Shown here in pieces: positions 62,152-64,000 of a stretch of 64,000 nt of DNA. The stretch spans positions 789,364-853,363 of the forward strand of contig JBGAHS010000003.1 in assembly GCA_044226015.1 (NCBI GenBank). Reading direction: 5' to 3'. The notes below the pieces were generated by a model that was not told the origin of the DNA, did not search any database, and worked only from the letters and a program-made list of their open reading frames with translations. The position numbers were made by a program, and so were the translations under genes. Origin of the DNA: Candidatus Obscuribacteraceae bacterium (GTDB lineage Bacteria > Cyanobacteriota > Vampirovibrionia > Obscuribacterales > Obscuribacteraceae). Positions within the stretch are counted from its first letter, which is position 1; each line of letters opens with the position of its first letter.

Positions 62152-62243
62152 GTAGCAATACGATGAGGCGTAGTAGAGGCTTTTCAAACAAATGTATTCC
62201 TGAAGGCTCGCCGTTAGTGGGTTACGCTCTTATTCAAATCCGT

Positions 62244-63209
62244 TTACAGTGCCTCAATTTGTTTCCGCAAAGACAATTCCTTTCCTGGGTCTAATCCAGT
62301 GGACGTGTGATGCGATTTCCATAACAAATTGATTTCATTGAGTCTCTTACTTAATGAGTCTTGTTCGAAGGTTCCCAGAAAGCCATTCTTACCGCAAGAT
62401 TCGATGCGTTTTGAGAGTGAGTCGATAAGCTGATCTATGCTCGGCTTTGGAGGTTCATGGAACACCAATCCTGTATTTGGAATTGGCAAGCAATCATCAT
62501 CTTGATTCTCTTCTGTTTGTTGTCCCTGCTGCGCATCTTCCTCTTTTACTGAAGCATGAGGACCCGCAAATTTCTGTGATGTTTGCGGCAGCAGTGATCG
62601 ACCGGCCATGTTTGCTTCGATCGATCCTGCTTCCTCTGCCAGACTGTTCATTCTTATCGCAGACCCCACCGACGGTGTTACGGCAGATGCTCTTGCAGCC
62701 AGGTCACTGATATCAGCCTGAAATCGCTCCTGGTCTGCTTCTGACATTTTTGATTTTCGCTGAGCAAATGAATCTTTCAGGTGAGAGATCGCTGCGTTCA
62801 TGGCTGCCAGATTAGCTTCATTACTTTGTTTGGTGCGCTCTATATTAGCGGACAGCTCCTCCTGCAATTGTTTTAGACCATCTACATACTGATTTGCAGC
62901 AGGACCATTCGCTGCAACATCCTTTTCTGCTTTTTCTTGTAAGTCTGCAAAGCGCTGTTGGAAATATTGCGAATCAGAATCTTCTAGAGTTCCGCGAGCA
63001 TCTTTCAAGGAACTTTGAATAGTGGTTATATGTGTGGCAGCTTGTCCATATTTTTGTTGTTCTGGGCTTCTCTTGCGATTAGAAGCCGGTTTCGATGAAG
63101 CATTGGGCGTAGAATTACTGGTGCTCGTCGATGGCTCATCTGCAAGACAAGGTAGAACGAATAAGCCGCTCAGTACCATGGCAATTTGGATTCGAGTTGC
63201 TTTGACCAC
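62244..63209 (-). CDS. Secreted coiled-coil hypothetical protein (start uncertain)
   Basis: Signal peptide ending in CLA-D; helical body. Confidence 0.65.
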   Translation of the reverse strand: MVKATRIQIAMVLSGLFVLPCLADEPSTSTSNSTPNASSKPASNRKRSPEQQKYGQAATHITTIQSSLKDARGTLEDSDSQYFQQRFADLQEKAEKDVAANGPAANQYVDGLKQLQEELSANIERTKQSNEANLAAMNAAISHLKDSFAQRKSKMSEADQERFQADISDLAARASAVTPSVGSAIRMNSLAEEAGSIEANMAGRSLLPQTSQKFAGPHASVKEEDAQQGQQTEENQDDDCLPIPNTGLVFHEPPKPSIDQLIDSLSKRIESCGKNGFLGTFEQDSLSKRLNEINLLWKSHHTSTGLDPGKELSLRKQIEAL

Positions 63210-63307
63210 AGCGCACTCTCTGACAGACTCTATATTTATACCGAATATTTTCGCTAATTGTGTACGAAGTATGGCGTACGTATAGGTATAGTATATGACT
63301 TTGAAGT

Positions 63308-63349
63308 AAAAATGGCGGCTAGAGAAGGTTTTACCAATCTCTAGCCGCC
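63308..63349 (-). terminator. Terminator hairpin
   Basis: GGCGGCTAGAGA/TCTCTAGCCGCC plus T-tract on the minus strand. Confidence 0.8.
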
Positions 63350-63364
63350 TGTGCTTAATCACAC

Positions 63365-64000
63365 TTACCAATTGAGAGTGTGATAAACACCGTTGTGATC
63401 CATGTACACGTATCCGACGCCAGGCGTCCAATACGCGTTGTAATACCAGGTCAGGGTCTCCTGAGCAGGCGGTCCAAACGGACTGCGAACTGTGACCGTT
63501 TCGGTGTCTACCACCGTGATCACGTCAGCGCCGCTTAGAGGGCGGTTCCAGGAATAACCAAGCGATGGCGACCACCAGTAGTTGTTAGTGGTGTAAAAGA
63601 AATAGCTCGTTGGGCAATAGTTGCCCCAGGCACAGAAGCGACCTCCATACCAGGCACTGTTCAAATAAAATCCGTCGTACCATCCACAACCAAGACCAAT
63701 TCTCGTGCGACCAGTGTATGTGTACGGGCGGCAGTACGTTACACCAGGGCGAGCCATTGGTGGGCTCGGCAAGCGGTAATTCGGATGGTAGTTGTGATTC
63801 CAGTTAGGTCCGTGGTGTTGACCAGGAACTGAAGGAAGTTGGGGATGCCATCCACCTGGGTGACCGGGATGGACGGGACCGGGGTGAACAGGACCGGGGT
63901 GAACAGGACCGGGGTGGACAGGACGGGGGTGGACGGGACCAGGGTGAACAGGACCGGGGTGGACGGGACCAGGGTGAACAGGACCGGGGTGGACAGGACC
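63365..64000 (-). CDS. Pro/His repeat protein with Tyr/Trp/Gly-rich C-terminal domain (5' end outside window)
   Basis: Frame is open to the window edge: (GPVHP)n-GHPGGWHPQ...YHTLNW. Confidence 0.75.
   Translation of the reverse strand, partial: GPVHPGPVHPGPVHPGPVHPGPVHPRPVHPGPVHPGPVHPGPVHPGHPGGWHPQLPSVPGQHHGPNWNHNYHPNYRLPSPPMARPGVTYCRPYTYTGRTRIGLGCGWYDGFYLNSAWYGGRFCAWGNYCPTSYFFYTTNNYWWSPSLGYSWNRPLSGADVITVVDTETVTVRSPFGPPAQETLTWYYNAYWTPGVGYVYMDHNGVYHTLNW
63866..64000 (-). repeat. 15-bp tandem repeat, at least 9 copies, encoding GPVHP
   Basis: GGT CCY GTY CAY CCY units; variation is only at synonymous positions. Confidence 0.92.

Noticed and set aside
35755..63349. Integron attC sites as an explanation for the long hairpins
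   Set aside because: No consistent RYYYAAC/GTTRRRY ends, the hairpins carry T-tracts and G-U pairs typical of RNA terminators, orientations are mixed, and there is no integrase.
29365..64000. Prophage or genomic island integrated at tRNA-Asp
   Set aside because: No integrase, phage structural genes or tRNA 3' repeat were seen, and the composition alternates gene by gene rather than as a block.
63866..64000. CRISPR array
   Set aside because: Contiguous 15-bp coding repeat without spacers; no cas genes.

Overview
This is a bacterial chromosomal origin region. The cyanobacteria-type ClpC and YidC, the lack of photosynthesis genes in the window and the many TPR and kinase genes suggest a non-photosynthetic Cyanobacteria relative (Melainabacteria/Obscuribacterales-like); this is inference. 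The left half (1-34 kb) is mostly housekeeping: amino-sugar genes, clpC, topA, 6S RNA-tsaE, pncB, an unusual multidomain UvrD, jag-yidC-yidD-rnpA-rpmH, dnaA-oriC-dnaN, tRNA-Asp, a Ser/Thr kinase and an M1 aminopeptidase. The oriC has non-canonical TTWTCTACA boxes, a GATC cluster and DnaA-trios. The right half (34-64 kb) is a fine mosaic. Ordinary AT-richer genes alternate with about eight self-contained, codon-distinct transcription units (M4 protease plus a novel HExxH protein, catalase-like protein, M17-N-like pair, S53, FtsH, MaoC/ABC, C39-like, antiporter). These units have long structured leaders with shared motifs and long terminator hairpins. Three carry an exact TACGA-N6-GTAGTAGA motif 18-21 nt past the hairpin. 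No integrase or transposase is present. This dispersed cassette class is the best candidate for an undescribed system.
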